Part shown: in pieces, positions 33,148-42,649 of the stretch
Position numbering within the stretch: the stretch's first letter is position 1
How the letters are laid out: the number at the start of each line of letters is the position of its first letter
Source: Microgenomates group bacterium GW2011_GWC1_46_15
GTDB lineage: Bacteria; Patescibacteriota; Microgenomatia; UBA1400; UBA12028
Reading direction: 5' to 3'
Assembly: GCA_001002285.1 (NCBI GenBank)
Contig: LCLX01000004.1
Span: forward strand, 6,885-70,884
Length of the DNA: 64,000 bases
Notes under the pieces: generated by a model
The model's database searches: none
What the model was told of the DNA's origin: nothing
What the model saw: only the letters and a program-made list of their open reading frames with translations
Made by a program: the position numbers and the translations under genes

Positions 33148-33379
33148 GTTCACTGCAGGAACAAGAAGAATGTCCCGCTTCATGCCTTTGACCTTTTCAC
33201 AAATTTTGGAGAAAGATTGAGCCTTAGCAACGACGATATTTTTTTTACTAATCGCAAGCCAACCTAATGAATTTTTCTTGAGGGGAGAGCGTAAATCACG
33301 AGCATTCATATATGCTGAAAATGTACCACAAGAAACAGTTCGAAACAAGTGGATATTATGTACTCAATTTATGCCGATT

Positions 33380-33408
33380 TTGACTCAAGATACATCAAGG
33401 TGTATACT
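33380..33408 (+). promoter_or_regulatory. Consensus sigma70 promoter TTGACT-N17-TATACT
   Basis: Sequence tttgactcaagatacatcaaggtgtatactgatttccgtATG. Confidence 0.5.
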
Positions 33409-33415
33409 GATTTCC

Positions 33416-33546
33416 GTATGAATATCGTAAAGTTGTGCTCTTCGTTTTGGAAGCATTACCGTACCCGCATCTTTAAGGGGCTCTTTTCTCGTACCTAACG
33501 ACAGACGTGTAGTGTGTTCGAGCCCCTGACAAGAGGGGCTTTTTTG
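33416..33546 (+). ncRNA. Short transcript (~130 nt) with a leaderless 26-codon ORF and alternative antiterminator/terminator pairings; candidate attenuator or sRNA
   Basis: ATG at 33418, only 2 to 9 nt after the -10 box. The ORF, MNIVKLCSSFWKHYRTRIFKGLFSRT, stops at 33496-33498. AGGGGCUC (33476-33483) and AGGGGCUUUUUU (33534-33546) can both pair with GAGCCCCU (33520-33527). Confidence 0.4.
33521..33546 (+). terminator. Rho-independent terminator (AGCCCCU-GACAAG-AGGGGCU plus UUUUUU)
   Basis: 7-bp GC-rich stem, 6-nt loop, U6 tail. Confidence 0.55.
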
Positions 33547-33627
33547 TATATGGAGAAAGTCCCCGAAGGAGACTTTTTTACCCAAAACACCTCACGCACA
33601 GATAGAAAGAAATGAAGAAAGTACTCG

Positions 33628-34203
33628 ATGTATGAAAATACAGACCATAGAAAAAATGTTGAGCATTGCTGCCGCATGCGCGGCGATTGTCTCAGCCGCC
33701 ATCATGACAAAACAAGTTGTTACTCCAGCGCAAAGTATTCAAAACGTTTCGCAGGGGGTGATTCAGCCGTGCGTAAAATAGTTCACTCCAGCGTTATGAT
33801 TTTTCTTTGTAGTATAATTGGCAACAATATAACATCCTGCTCCGAAAGGAAAAATATGGCAGTGGAAGCTCCAGGAGAATCACGAGTAGAGGTTCCAGAA
33901 ACCCTTCGGAATAGACAGTTTTTTCTCGCTCGTCCGGGAGTGTGCGCAGTGAAGTTACAAAACGGCCTGGTAGTTGAGTTGCCGGTTGGTGGAAAAATAA
34001 ACCCGGAACAATGGGGCGAATCGTTTGTTGAGTATGTGAATTTGGCATTGCTTGCTCTTGAAGCTCCAGGAAGATTTGCAAGAATGCAGGAATATACTGA
34101 TGGCAGAGTTTCGTTCCCCATAGCGCAGAATTGGTTCGGTTGGGGACGTGAAAGAATCGGAGCTAACGGGAGAATATTTACTCTATTTGGTTCATATCAT
34201 TAA
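33628..34203 (+). CDS. Hypothetical protein with Cys/His-rich N-terminus (alternative start MAVEAPGES at 33856)
   Basis: 191-aa ORF starting 80 nt after the terminator. N-terminus reads HCCRMRGDCLSRHH. The internal start at 33856 has an AGGAAA RBS. Confidence 0.35.
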   Translation: MYENTDHRKNVEHCCRMRGDCLSRHHDKTSCYSSAKYSKRFAGGDSAVRKIVHSSVMIFLCSIIGNNITSCSERKNMAVEAPGESRVEVPETLRNRQFFLARPGVCAVKLQNGLVVELPVGGKINPEQWGESFVEYVNLALLALEAPGRFARMQEYTDGRVSFPIAQNWFGWGRERIGANGRIFTLFGSYH

Positions 34204-34652
34204 TGAAAAAAGTTCAAAGTATTGGTGTTGTTGTGTTTAATGGGGATGCCGTACTTTTGGTGCGCAGCGGTCCAACCGCATCTCATTTCGAAGGAAAAAA
34301 TGGGCTGCCGTCGGGAAAAGTTGAGCGCGATGAAACAAACGAGGAAGCGGCAGTTCGTGAACTCAGTGAAGAAACTGGACTTATCACTTCTATTGAAGAT
34401 CTTCATCCAATCAAAACCTTTACGGCAACCATAGAACAAAAACAGGGACCTGTCACGTTTGTTTGGCATACTTTTCTTTGCACAAAATATGAGGGAACAC
34501 TCAGCTCGTCAAAAGAAACAACTCCGTATTGGGTGAAGATAGGCGAACTTTCAAAAATTAAAAATCTTTTACCAAACATCGAAACGGCAGTGGAGCTTGC
34601 GAAATCTGTGACCCCATCCGGATTTACGACTCGCTTCGCTCGCATGCACTAG
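34203..34652 (+). CDS. NUDIX hydrolase
   Basis: Nudix box GKVERDETNEEAAVRELSEETG. Confidence 0.8.
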   Translation: MKKVQSIGVVVFNGDAVLLVRSGPTASHFEGKNGLPSGKVERDETNEEAAVRELSEETGLITSIEDLHPIKTFTATIEQKQGPVTFVWHTFLCTKYEGTLSSSKETTPYWVKIGELSKIKNLLPNIETAVELAKSVTPSGFTTRFARMH

Positions 34653-34723
34653 GCAGGCTCATTGCATTCGCTTGCCGTCGCGGACCTACGGTCATTCAAA
34701 GTCGTCTTGCGATCAATAGCTAC

Positions 34724-34749
34724 AAAAAATTACCTTGTCGGTAATTTTT
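34724..34749. terminator. Bidirectional intrinsic terminator (AAAAAAUUACC-UUGUC-GGUAAUUUUU)
   Basis: Hairpin flanked by an A-run and a U-run. It sits between the convergent nudix gene (+) and tRNA-Glu (-). Confidence 0.45.
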
Positions 34750-34757
34750 CATAGCTG

Positions 34758-34831
34758 TGACCCCATCCGGATTCGAACCGGAGATCTTCAGGATGAAAAC
34801 CTGACGTCCTAGGCCACTAGACGATGGGGCC
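34758..34831 (-). tRNA. tRNA-Glu: tRNA-Glu (anticodon UUC)
   Basis: Cloverleaf folded by hand. Acceptor GGCCCCA/UGGGGUC, anticodon stem UCAGG/CCUGA, loop UUUUCAU, T-loop UUCGAAU. Confidence 0.85.
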
Positions 34832-34872
34832 GTTCACTTGCTTTTGCACTCACTGTACCACTCTTCACACTG

Positions 34873-34944
34873 TGAGCCCGGTGCGGATCGAACGCACGAC
34901 ACAGAGCTTAAAAGGCTCCTGCTCTACCACTGAGCTACGGGCCC
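34873..34944 (-). tRNA. tRNA-Lys: tRNA-Lys (anticodon UUU)
   Basis: Acceptor GGGCCCG/CGGGCUC, D-stem GCUC/GAGC, anticodon loop CUUUUAA, T-stem GUGCG/CGCAC. A TTCAAA-N17-TACAAT promoter lies about 40 nt upstream. Confidence 0.85.
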
Positions 34945-34984
34945 GTTCAGTACTCCATCTCTGGAGGAACGATACGATATTGTA

Positions 34985-35347
34985 TCATGCGCTCTCGATG
35001 TTTTGAATATGCGACACGACTTTTCCCCGAGCAACGCCGATTACGTCAAGCTGGACTGTTTTGAAGTGTACTCGCTGGCTATACAGGTCATGCAGAAGGA
35101 GTGCGATACACCGCCGCAACTTCAGTAATTTGAGTGGTGTTACCGCCAGTTCCGGCTCAATCTGCGAGAAGTATCCCTGCGATTTGACCTCCACGACAAC
35201 GAGCGCGCCGTCTTTTTCGGCAACAATATCAAGTTCTCCATACCGGAAATGAAGATTTGTTGCACGGATGGTATACCCGCGCTTCCGCAAATACTCGACG
35301 ACAATAGCTTCACCGCGTTTTCCGCGGTCAACAGTGTTTGAAATCAT
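34985..35347 (-). CDS. YraN-family (UPF0102) endonuclease
   Basis: 120 aa. The motif ELDIVAEK...VVVEVK is restriction-endonuclease-like. Confidence 0.7.
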   Translation of the reverse strand: MISNTVDRGKRGEAIVVEYLRKRGYTIRATNLHFRYGELDIVAEKDGALVVVEVKSQGYFSQIEPELAVTPLKLLKLRRCIALLLHDLYSQRVHFKTVQLDVIGVARGKVVSHIQNIESA

Positions 35348-35353
35348 ACAAAG

Positions 35354-35707
35354 TTATGTAGTCGCAGGAGCTTCGGTCTCAAGGTTCTGCTTGATGTTTG
35401 TCGCGGTCTTTCCCACTCTTCCACGCAGGTAATGGAGCTTGGCCCGGCGCACTTTTCCAGCCTTTTTAAGTTCGATGTTCGCGATAAACGGCGCGTCAAC
35501 GGGGAAAATACGCTCAATACCAATGCTATCAGTCCCGATCTTGCGTACGGTAAACATTTTATTGGACTCTCTGTTGTCTACCGCGATCAAAATGCCCTCG
35601 AACACCTGGATACGGGTTTTGTCGCCCTCTTCTTTGATCGAGACGTGTACGCGAATCGTGTCGCCAACCGAAAACTCTTTGTCGTTGTATGTAAGATGGT
35701 TTGCCAT
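35354..35707 (-). CDS. rplS: 50S ribosomal protein L19
   Basis: [30 protein letters not shown] is a classic L19 sequence. Confidence 0.9.
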   Translation of the reverse strand: [117 protein letters not shown]

Positions 35708-35736
35708 AGGTTGGAATTGTAGCAGATCAGGCGAAT

Positions 35737-36333
35737 CTAGACAAGATTGTAAAATACAGCGATTTCGCGCGCGCTCATCCCAAGCGATGTAAGGTGCTTT
35801 TTGATGACTGTGTCGCTAATGTGTTGTTTTTTCCACGAACGCTTCAACAGGGTCATGGTCTCGCGGATTTCGTGCGGGAAAATGATCCATTCGCTCGAGT
35901 TAAACCCGTAGTAGTCGGGAACAAACGATGTCCAGCTTTTAATCGCGACCGTTGCAGTTTTTACTGTTTTTGCGCCATGCATCTTGATGTATTTTTTGGC
36001 AAGTACAAGCGTTTCACCGGAGTCCGCGACGTCGTCAAAAATCAAAATCCGCTCGTTTTGAATGGTAATGGGAAGCGACTGCGTAATAACCGGTGTTTTT
36101 TGTGTTGAAGCGATGCCGGTGTAAAAGGAAATTTGAATGGAACTCAACTCTTTAACGCCAAGATAGTCGCAGAGTGTGCGCGACCACGTGAGTCCGCCTT
36201 TGGCCAATGCAACCACGCGGTCAAACTTTTCCTTCTTTTTGATGATTTTTTCCGCAATTTGCAGTAACTGCTCGTTTGTTTCTTCCCAGCTTAGTGTTAA
36301 GTATTTTTGCCCATAAATCGTGTGTTTTTTCAT
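35737..36333 (-). CDS. Purine phosphoribosyltransferase (xanthine/hypoxanthine-guanine PRT-like)
   Basis: PRPP-binding motif ILIFDDVADSGETL. Confidence 0.7.
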   Translation of the reverse strand: MKKHTIYGQKYLTLSWEETNEQLLQIAEKIIKKKEKFDRVVALAKGGLTWSRTLCDYLGVKELSSIQISFYTGIASTQKTPVITQSLPITIQNERILIFDDVADSGETLVLAKKYIKMHGAKTVKTATVAIKSWTSFVPDYYGFNSSEWIIFPHEIRETMTLLKRSWKKQHISDTVIKKHLTSLGMSAREIAVFYNLV

Positions 36334-37991
36334 GCTGATCTTTTTTTCTTTGATGCCCCCATAAACGCGACAAACATCGGATGCGGTTTGAGCGGGCGTG
36401 ATTTGTACTCCGGATGTCCCTGTGTACCAATAAAAAACGGGTGCATGGACGGCGGCAGTTCAATCATCTCAACCAAGTTTTCCTTGACTGATCTTCCGGA
36501 AATGACCAAGCCCGCTTTTTCCAGTTCCTCAGCGTACTCATCGTTAAACTCATATCTGTGCCGGTGCCGTTCGGAAATCAAGTCTTTACCGTAAATACTG
36601 TGCGCGAGCGTTCCGGGTTTGAGTTTGCACTCCCACGCGCCCAACCGCATCGTGCCACCGTACGCGCGGTTTTCCAAAATGCGCTTTTGTGTTGGAATCA
36701 TGTGCACAACAGGATGCGGACTGTGCGGATCAACTTCCTGCGACTGCGCGTCTTTCCACCCAAGCACGTTGCGGGCAAACTCAACGACTGCCAGCTGCAT
36801 GCCGTAGCACAAGCCCAAGTACGGAATTTTGTGTGTACGCGCGTACTCAATCGCGATAATTTTTCCTTCAACGCCACGGCTACCCCACCCGATGGGAACA
36901 ACAATGCCATCAAGTTCTTCCAGCACTTTTTTGACTTCCTCGCTTGCCATTTTTTCCAGTTTTTCGCTGTTAATCCAGTGAATTTCCGGTGTTACTTTGA
37001 CAGGAAGTGCGGCGTGTTGAATGGCGTCGTACAGCGCAGCATATGAGTCGCGAAGTTGATACTCACCGGTTGCCAAGTACTTGCCGATCACACCGATCTT
37101 GACCGATGGATGGTGCGCTTTCAGACTTTTAATCATGTTTTTCCACGGCGCAATAGCAAGCGATTTTGTGGGCAAATGGAGTGATTTCAGAATCTTTGCG
37201 TCAAACTTTTGATTCGCAAAAAGCAATGGCACTTCGTAGACAGACGGAACGTCGGGATTAGCGATAATATGATCGGGTTTCACGTTGCAAAACAGCGCGA
37301 ACCGTTCGCGACGGCGCTCATCTAACGGGGTTTCCGATCGTGCAACAATAAAATCCGGCTGAATGCCCATTGAGTTTAACCGCTGGACGGAAAGTTGTGT
37401 GGGTTTTGTTTTTGGCTCACCAATATGTGGCGGTGTTGGCAAGTAGCTCACGTGGATATGAATAACTTTTTCGTTGTTGCGGTATTCAAGAATGCGTGAC
37501 GCTTCGTAGTACAGCACGTTCAAGTACTCGCCCGCCGTTCCACCAAGCTCAGTAATAATGATTTCGGCGTTTTCGTTTTTGCCGGCTTCAGTAATACGAC
37601 GGATGATTTCGTCACACACATGGGGCATTTCTACATCCTCGCCGTTGTATCCAAACGCGCGCTCACGGTCAATCACGGTTTTGTAAATCTGGCCCATTGT
37701 GATGAAGTTGTTCCTGCTCATGTTTTGATCGAGGAACTTTTCGTATGTACCTAAGTCCATATCGGTTTCGGTACCGTCTTCGCACAAGAACGGATCGCCG
37801 TGTTCAATGGGGTTAATGAGACCGGAATCAATGTTGAGATAGTTTTCGCACTTCACGATTGTGACACGGTATCCACGCGCTTTGAGCAGAAAAGCAATCG
37901 AGGCCGTGGTAATGCCTTTGCCCAAAGAAGAGAGGACGCCACCGGAAACGAAGATAAACTTTGGAGAAAATGAAGACGTCTTTTGCGGCAT
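36330..37991 (-). CDS. pyrG: CTP synthase
   Basis: N-terminal synthetase domain (FVSGGVLSSLGKG) plus C-terminal class I glutamine amidotransferase (GLCYGMQ, HPE). Confidence 0.9.
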   Translation of the reverse strand: MPQKTSSFSPKFIFVSGGVLSSLGKGITTASIAFLLKARGYRVTIVKCENYLNIDSGLINPIEHGDPFLCEDGTETDMDLGTYEKFLDQNMSRNNFITMGQIYKTVIDRERAFGYNGEDVEMPHVCDEIIRRITEAGKNENAEIIITELGGTAGEYLNVLYYEASRILEYRNNEKVIHIHVSYLPTPPHIGEPKTKPTQLSVQRLNSMGIQPDFIVARSETPLDERRRERFALFCNVKPDHIIANPDVPSVYEVPLLFANQKFDAKILKSLHLPTKSLAIAPWKNMIKSLKAHHPSVKIGVIGKYLATGEYQLRDSYAALYDAIQHAALPVKVTPEIHWINSEKLEKMASEEVKKVLEELDGIVVPIGWGSRGVEGKIIAIEYARTHKIPYLGLCYGMQLAVVEFARNVLGWKDAQSQEVDPHSPHPVVHMIPTQKRILENRAYGGTMRLGAWECKLKPGTLAHSIYGKDLISERHRHRYEFNDEYAEELEKAGLVISGRSVKENLVEMIELPPSMHPFFIGTQGHPEYKSRPLKPHPMFVAFMGASKKKRSA

Positions 37992-38050
37992 AGGCGATTA
38001 TACCGTATGAATCAAAGAGTTGACAAGGGGAAAATTATCAGAGATAAATA

Positions 38051-38392
38051 ATGGATATGTCCAGAACAGATCAAGGCTTTGATGGTGATGATGAGCCCGT
38101 GCTCGATCAATATGCTATTGCTGTAGAACAATATACCGAGATAAAAGCTCACATTTTTCATCTTTGGAATACGGTACCTCCAGTTGACGGCGATCACCAA
38201 GAACTTGCGCGTTTTCGGGAAGAGGTATTAAGGGTTTCCAATATCGTTATTCCCACCATAAGGGGTGAGTTACAAGTAGTAGATCCTTTGAGTTTGACCA
38301 AAATTCAACAAAATATTCGAACTGCAGCACTACATGATCTCGAGGTAATGAGTGAACAACTCTACAATCTTTTGCGATCCCTACCCAAGTAA
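38051..38392 (+). CDS. Hypothetical acidic protein
   Basis: 113 aa. 3' end overlaps the dnaE 3' end. Confidence 0.35.
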   Translation: MDMSRTDQGFDGDDEPVLDQYAIAVEQYTEIKAHIFHLWNTVPPVDGDHQELARFREEVLRVSNIVIPTIRGELQVVDPLSLTKIQQNIRTAALHDLEVMSEQLYNLLRSLPK

Positions 38393-41300
38393 TTTTTTCA
38401 CTTTTTCTTGCAGTTCCTCATCCCATTTCACTCCGTATGGCAGTTTCATCCGCTTTGGTTCCCCGCCGTTGGGAATAATCAAAATCATTGTGTTATCACC
38501 GGGATGCGCTTTTAATACCTTGCCCAGCTCGACCAACGTTTCTCTTGGTGTTCCGCGCGGAATTTCCAATTCTTTTGTATTGGCACCAGTTTGTGTGAGA
38601 TCTTCGTCAACATCGGGCGCTTTCACGACATCGGCAAAGAACGTTGGTTTTTCTTCACGCTCTTCTAACTTTCCCTTAATCAACACGATGGTATCTTTTT
38701 TCAAAAACTCTCTTGCTAACGAAAACGCCCGGGGGAACACCACGAACTCAATTGTTCCCGTTCCGTCATCCAACGTCCCAAATCCCATTTCACGGCCATC
38801 TTTTTTTGTGGTGACACCGCGCCATTGTGTGATGATCCCTCCGAGCCAAATCACCGTGTCGTGGTGTACACGCACATCAAGTTCGCGAATCGTTTTTGTT
38901 GCCGACTTTGAAACGGCTTTGAGTGCGGAGGCCATCGGATGCTCGGTTAAATAAAACCCAAGCAGTTCTTTTTCAAACGACAACAGTTCGGCCTGCGGGT
39001 ACTCCTTTATCTGCTTAAAGCTGTCCTTAATATCGTGGAGTTCTTTTGTTTTTCCACTACTAAAAAGATTTTCCTGCCCATCAACCCCGTTATCATATTT
39101 CTGTAGTTTTGTGCGAATATCGTCCAACTGCTCCAAAATACTCGCACGGTTGGAAAACTGGTCCATTGCGCCAACGCGTACAAGACACTCTAACACTTTT
39201 TTATTGACCCGCCGCGCATCTACACGGATCAAAAAGTCTGAGAAGCTTGAAAACTTCTTGTGTTTACGGGCTTCCAAAATGGCGTCAATCGCTGCCGTTC
39301 CCACGTTTTTAATTGCGGTAAACCCAAACCGAATTGCCTTATCTTCCAGCGACCTCTTATGTTCCTCAATCGAAAAACCACGCTGGGACATGTTAATATC
39401 GGGCGGGAACATCGCGATATTCATGCGTTTACACTCGTTGACACCTTGCGAAATCTTCTCCTCACGGTTTGCCGAGCCGGCAGCAGACTCAACCGACAAC
39501 AATGCAGTCATGTACTCCACAGGATACCGTACTTTCATGTACGCGGTTTGGTACGCGATCATGGCATACGACGCGGCATGCGCTTTGTTAAATCCATAGC
39601 CGGCAAATTTTTCAATATAGCTCCATACTTTTTCGGCAATTTCTTTTGTATATCCTTGTTTAACCGATCGCCGTACAAATTCGTTGCGCTGTTGGTCCAT
39701 GATCTCTTTTTTCTTTTTCCCAATCGCACGGCGTAAAATATCCGCTTCACCAAGCGAGTATCCCGCCATCACGTGCGCCACTTCCAACGCCTGCTCTTGG
39801 TACACCATGATGCCGTACGTTTCTTTTAATACGTGTTCAAGGTCTTTATGCGGATACACGATGCTACTCGGATGATGTTTGCCCTCGATAAAATCGTTGA
39901 TCAGATCCATTGGACCCGGGCGGTACAACGCAACCATAGCGGTAATATCGGAAAACGCCGAAGGTTTGAGCGTGCGGGCAACGCGCCGCATACCACCGGA
40001 CTCAAGCTGGAACACTCCCGTGGTTTCACCGCTGGAAAGAAGTTTATATACGTCTTTATCGTCAATGGGAATCGTGCTGAGGTCTATCGTTTTTTTCTGT
40101 GTCTGCTTCACAATCGCAACAGCCTCGCCAAGGATCGAAAGGTTGCGTAATCCCAAGAAGTCCATTTTCAGCAGGCCGATCGCATTATCGGCCACGTTGC
40201 GGTCAAGCGCCTTCATGTCGTACTGCGTAATAATTTTTCCCTCTTTTGCTTCGCGCTGAATTGGTGTGTACTCGGTCAATGGCTTGTCCGAGATCACGAT
40301 ACCTGCGGCGTGCACGCTTGAGTGCCGTACATTTCCTTCAACTTTCATCGCCAAATCAATCAGTTTTTGGAACTTCGCCTGTTTGTAGTACTCGCGGAGC
40401 TCCGGAACGGTATCCACAGATTGTTGAATGCCGAAGCCAAACGGAATGAGTTTGGCGATTTTGTCGGGGTCGCTGTACGGCATACCCAACGCACGGCCAA
40501 TATCGCGTATGGCGGCTCGAGCTTCCATCGTTCCAAATGTGATAATCTGCGCAACCTTATCCTCACCATATTTTTGCGTGACATAATGAATGACTTCGTC
40601 GCGACGAAGATCAGCAAAGTCCATATCAATATCCGGCGGCGTCGGACGTTCGGGGTTCATGAACCGCTCAAACGGCAATCCGTGCTGGAGTGGATTCATG
40701 TTTGTGATGTTCAGAGAGTACGCGGTAAGCGAGCCGGCGGCAGAGCCTCTTCCTGGGCCAACATAAATACCTTGATTCTTCGCCCAGTTTACAAAGTCCT
40801 GCACAATCAAAAAGTATGTTGAGAATCCTTTTTTCGTGATGATGTTCAATTCGTAGTCCAACCGTTTTTCTATGTCCGGTGTTACTTCTTTAAACCGTTT
40901 TTTCAATCCTTCGTGTGACATTTTTTTGAGAAGCGATTCGTATGTTTCGTTTTTTGGAAGTGGAAAGTCCGGCAGAATCCAGTTTCCAATGGGAATCTCT
41001 ACGTTGCACCGTTCGGCAATTTTCGCGGTATTTGCAATGGCGTCTGGATACTCAATGAACAACTGCTCCATTTCTTTTTGTGTGCGGAGGTAAAAATCCG
41101 GCGAGCTGTACATGGACAAGCGGTTTTTATCCGAAAGTATTTTCCGCATTTGAACCGCCAGCAACGCGTCTTGGGCTTCCGCATCGTCGGGATTTACATA
41201 GTGCACATCATTTGTGGCAACCAGCGGCAGTCCAAATTCGCGCGAAATTTTTGCCATTTCTTTGCGCATTTCCCCAACCTGTTTAATTTTTGGATGTGCC

Positions 41301-41854
41301 TGAATTTCAAGAAAAAAGTCATCACCAAAAAGATTTGCATATTTTTTAAGTTTTTCAACTGCTTCGTCGCGTTTGTTTTCCATAATCAGCTGGCTAAACT
41401 CGCTTTGCAGACAGCCAGATGTCACGATGATACCCTCGTGGTACTGTTTGAGCAGGTCAAAATCAATGCGGGGTTTGTACGAAAATCCTTCCAAATGTGC
41501 GACGGATACGAGTTTCATGAGATTTTTATACCCGGTGTAGTTTTTTGCTAGAAGGAGAAGGTGAAACTGGTCGGCGCCCATTCTTGGCTGTTTGTCTAAA
41601 TGCGAGTGTGTTGCGACATACGTTTCCACTCCAATGATTGGCTTAATCCCCTTTTCTTTAGCATAGTTATAAAAATGAATCGCACCGTACATGACGCCGT
41701 GATCGGTGATCGCGAGCGCTTTTTGGCCGTCAGCTTTTGCGCGTTCCAAAAGGGATGGGATTTTGCACAATCCATCGAGTAATGAGTACTCTGTATGGAC
41801 GTGAAGATGGGTAAAACTGTGTGAACTTGCCATGCTGGAGCTAGTGTAACGCAA
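38381..41854 (-). CDS. dnaE: DNA polymerase III alpha subunit
   Basis: 1157 aa. PHP domain HLHVHTEYSLLDG, polymerase core, C-terminal OB fold. Confidence 0.92.
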   Translation of the reverse strand: MRYTSSSMASSHSFTHLHVHTEYSLLDGLCKIPSLLERAKADGQKALAITDHGVMYGAIHFYNYAKEKGIKPIIGVETYVATHSHLDKQPRMGADQFHLLLLAKNYTGYKNLMKLVSVAHLEGFSYKPRIDFDLLKQYHEGIIVTSGCLQSEFSQLIMENKRDEAVEKLKKYANLFGDDFFLEIQAHPKIKQVGEMRKEMAKISREFGLPLVATNDVHYVNPDDAEAQDALLAVQMRKILSDKNRLSMYSSPDFYLRTQKEMEQLFIEYPDAIANTAKIAERCNVEIPIGNWILPDFPLPKNETYESLLKKMSHEGLKKRFKEVTPDIEKRLDYELNIITKKGFSTYFLIVQDFVNWAKNQGIYVGPGRGSAAGSLTAYSLNITNMNPLQHGLPFERFMNPERPTPPDIDMDFADLRRDEVIHYVTQKYGEDKVAQIITFGTMEARAAIRDIGRALGMPYSDPDKIAKLIPFGFGIQQSVDTVPELREYYKQAKFQKLIDLAMKVEGNVRHSSVHAAGIVISDKPLTEYTPIQREAKEGKIITQYDMKALDRNVADNAIGLLKMDFLGLRNLSILGEAVAIVKQTQKKTIDLSTIPIDDKDVYKLLSSGETTGVFQLESGGMRRVARTLKPSAFSDITAMVALYRPGPMDLINDFIEGKHHPSSIVYPHKDLEHVLKETYGIMVYQEQALEVAHVMAGYSLGEADILRRAIGKKKKEIMDQQRNEFVRRSVKQGYTKEIAEKVWSYIEKFAGYGFNKAHAASYAMIAYQTAYMKVRYPVEYMTALLSVESAAGSANREEKISQGVNECKRMNIAMFPPDINMSQRGFSIEEHKRSLEDKAIRFGFTAIKNVGTAAIDAILEARKHKKFSSFSDFLIRVDARRVNKKVLECLVRVGAMDQFSNRASILEQLDDIRTKLQKYDNGVDGQENLFSSGKTKELHDIKDSFKQIKEYPQAELLSFEKELLGFYLTEHPMASALKAVSKSATKTIRELDVRVHHDTVIWLGGIITQWRGVTTKKDGREMGFGTLDDGTGTIEFVVFPRAFSLAREFLKKDTIVLIKGKLEEREEKPTFFADVVKAPDVDEDLTQTGANTKELEIPRGTPRETLVELGKVLKAHPGDNTMILIIPNGGEPKRMKLPYGVKWDEELQEKVKKLLG

Positions 41855-41928
41855 AAAAGGCGAAGGGGGAAGGGAAAATGGAGTTTGGTGTATAATGGAC
41901 GCACGTATCAGTGATTTTTGGAGGAAGT

Positions 41929-42351
41929 ATGGTATTTAATCCAAGCGAAATGAAAGCGAAAACATATCCAGAAACGTCTGCAGATCAGGCGTATAGAGAA
42001 CTTCAAGATGTTTTGGCTGGACAAGCAGAACAGGCTCCGCCACAGGTGCGTAAAGCGCATGCCGATCGTGCAAAAACTTCGGGGCCTCATTATGTTCAAT
42101 TTAACGATAACCGATATTTTGCTCATCCGATTGGAGATTATGGCGTTTATGACCTCACTCAAAGGCGTGTTTTGAGTTTGAAAAAAGATTATGAAGTTAT
42201 TACGAATAGACCAAAGCGTATTAGTGTAAAGTATCGTGACCCTAAGACTGGTGAGTTAAAGATTGGGAATACGGGATACTTTATTCTTGTGCGAGATCTT
42301 CACGAAACACCTGGAAGTGTTGGAGAATTTTTAATGTTCTTTATGAGATAG
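41929..42351 (+). CDS. Hypothetical protein
   Basis: Start MVFNPSEM placed behind the GGAGGAAG RBS (ORF track gives 41911). About 140 aa. Confidence 0.4.
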   Translation: MVFNPSEMKAKTYPETSADQAYRELQDVLAGQAEQAPPQVRKAHADRAKTSGPHYVQFNDNRYFAHPIGDYGVYDLTQRRVLSLKKDYEVITNRPKRISVKYRDPKTGELKIGNTGYFILVRDLHETPGSVGEFLMFFMR

Positions 42352-42649
42352 TGTTTAGAGGCTGTGTTATAATGCGATATATTAACATTTTTTTCCCAAG
42401 GAGGATAGTATGAGTGAAGCTGTTCGTGGTATAGCATTTGTCCTTGCCAACGCGGAGAAATCAATGCTTTCTCTTGCTCGTGATAATCGCGAAGCGATAG
42501 CAAGCGTATACTATACTTATTGAGGGTTATCGACGAACCATTTCTTCAACAACATTCTCACCTAAAGCAATGATCGCTGCTTTAGACGCAGAAATGGAGG
42601 ATCTGGGGTTTAAACCCGATCCAGCAACTGGAAATTATGTGAGATTTCG

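Noticed and set aside
38381-41854. Intein or other insertion in DnaE
   Set aside because: The length of 1157 aa is standard for DnaE, and no extra segment is visible between the conserved PHP and polymerase motifs.
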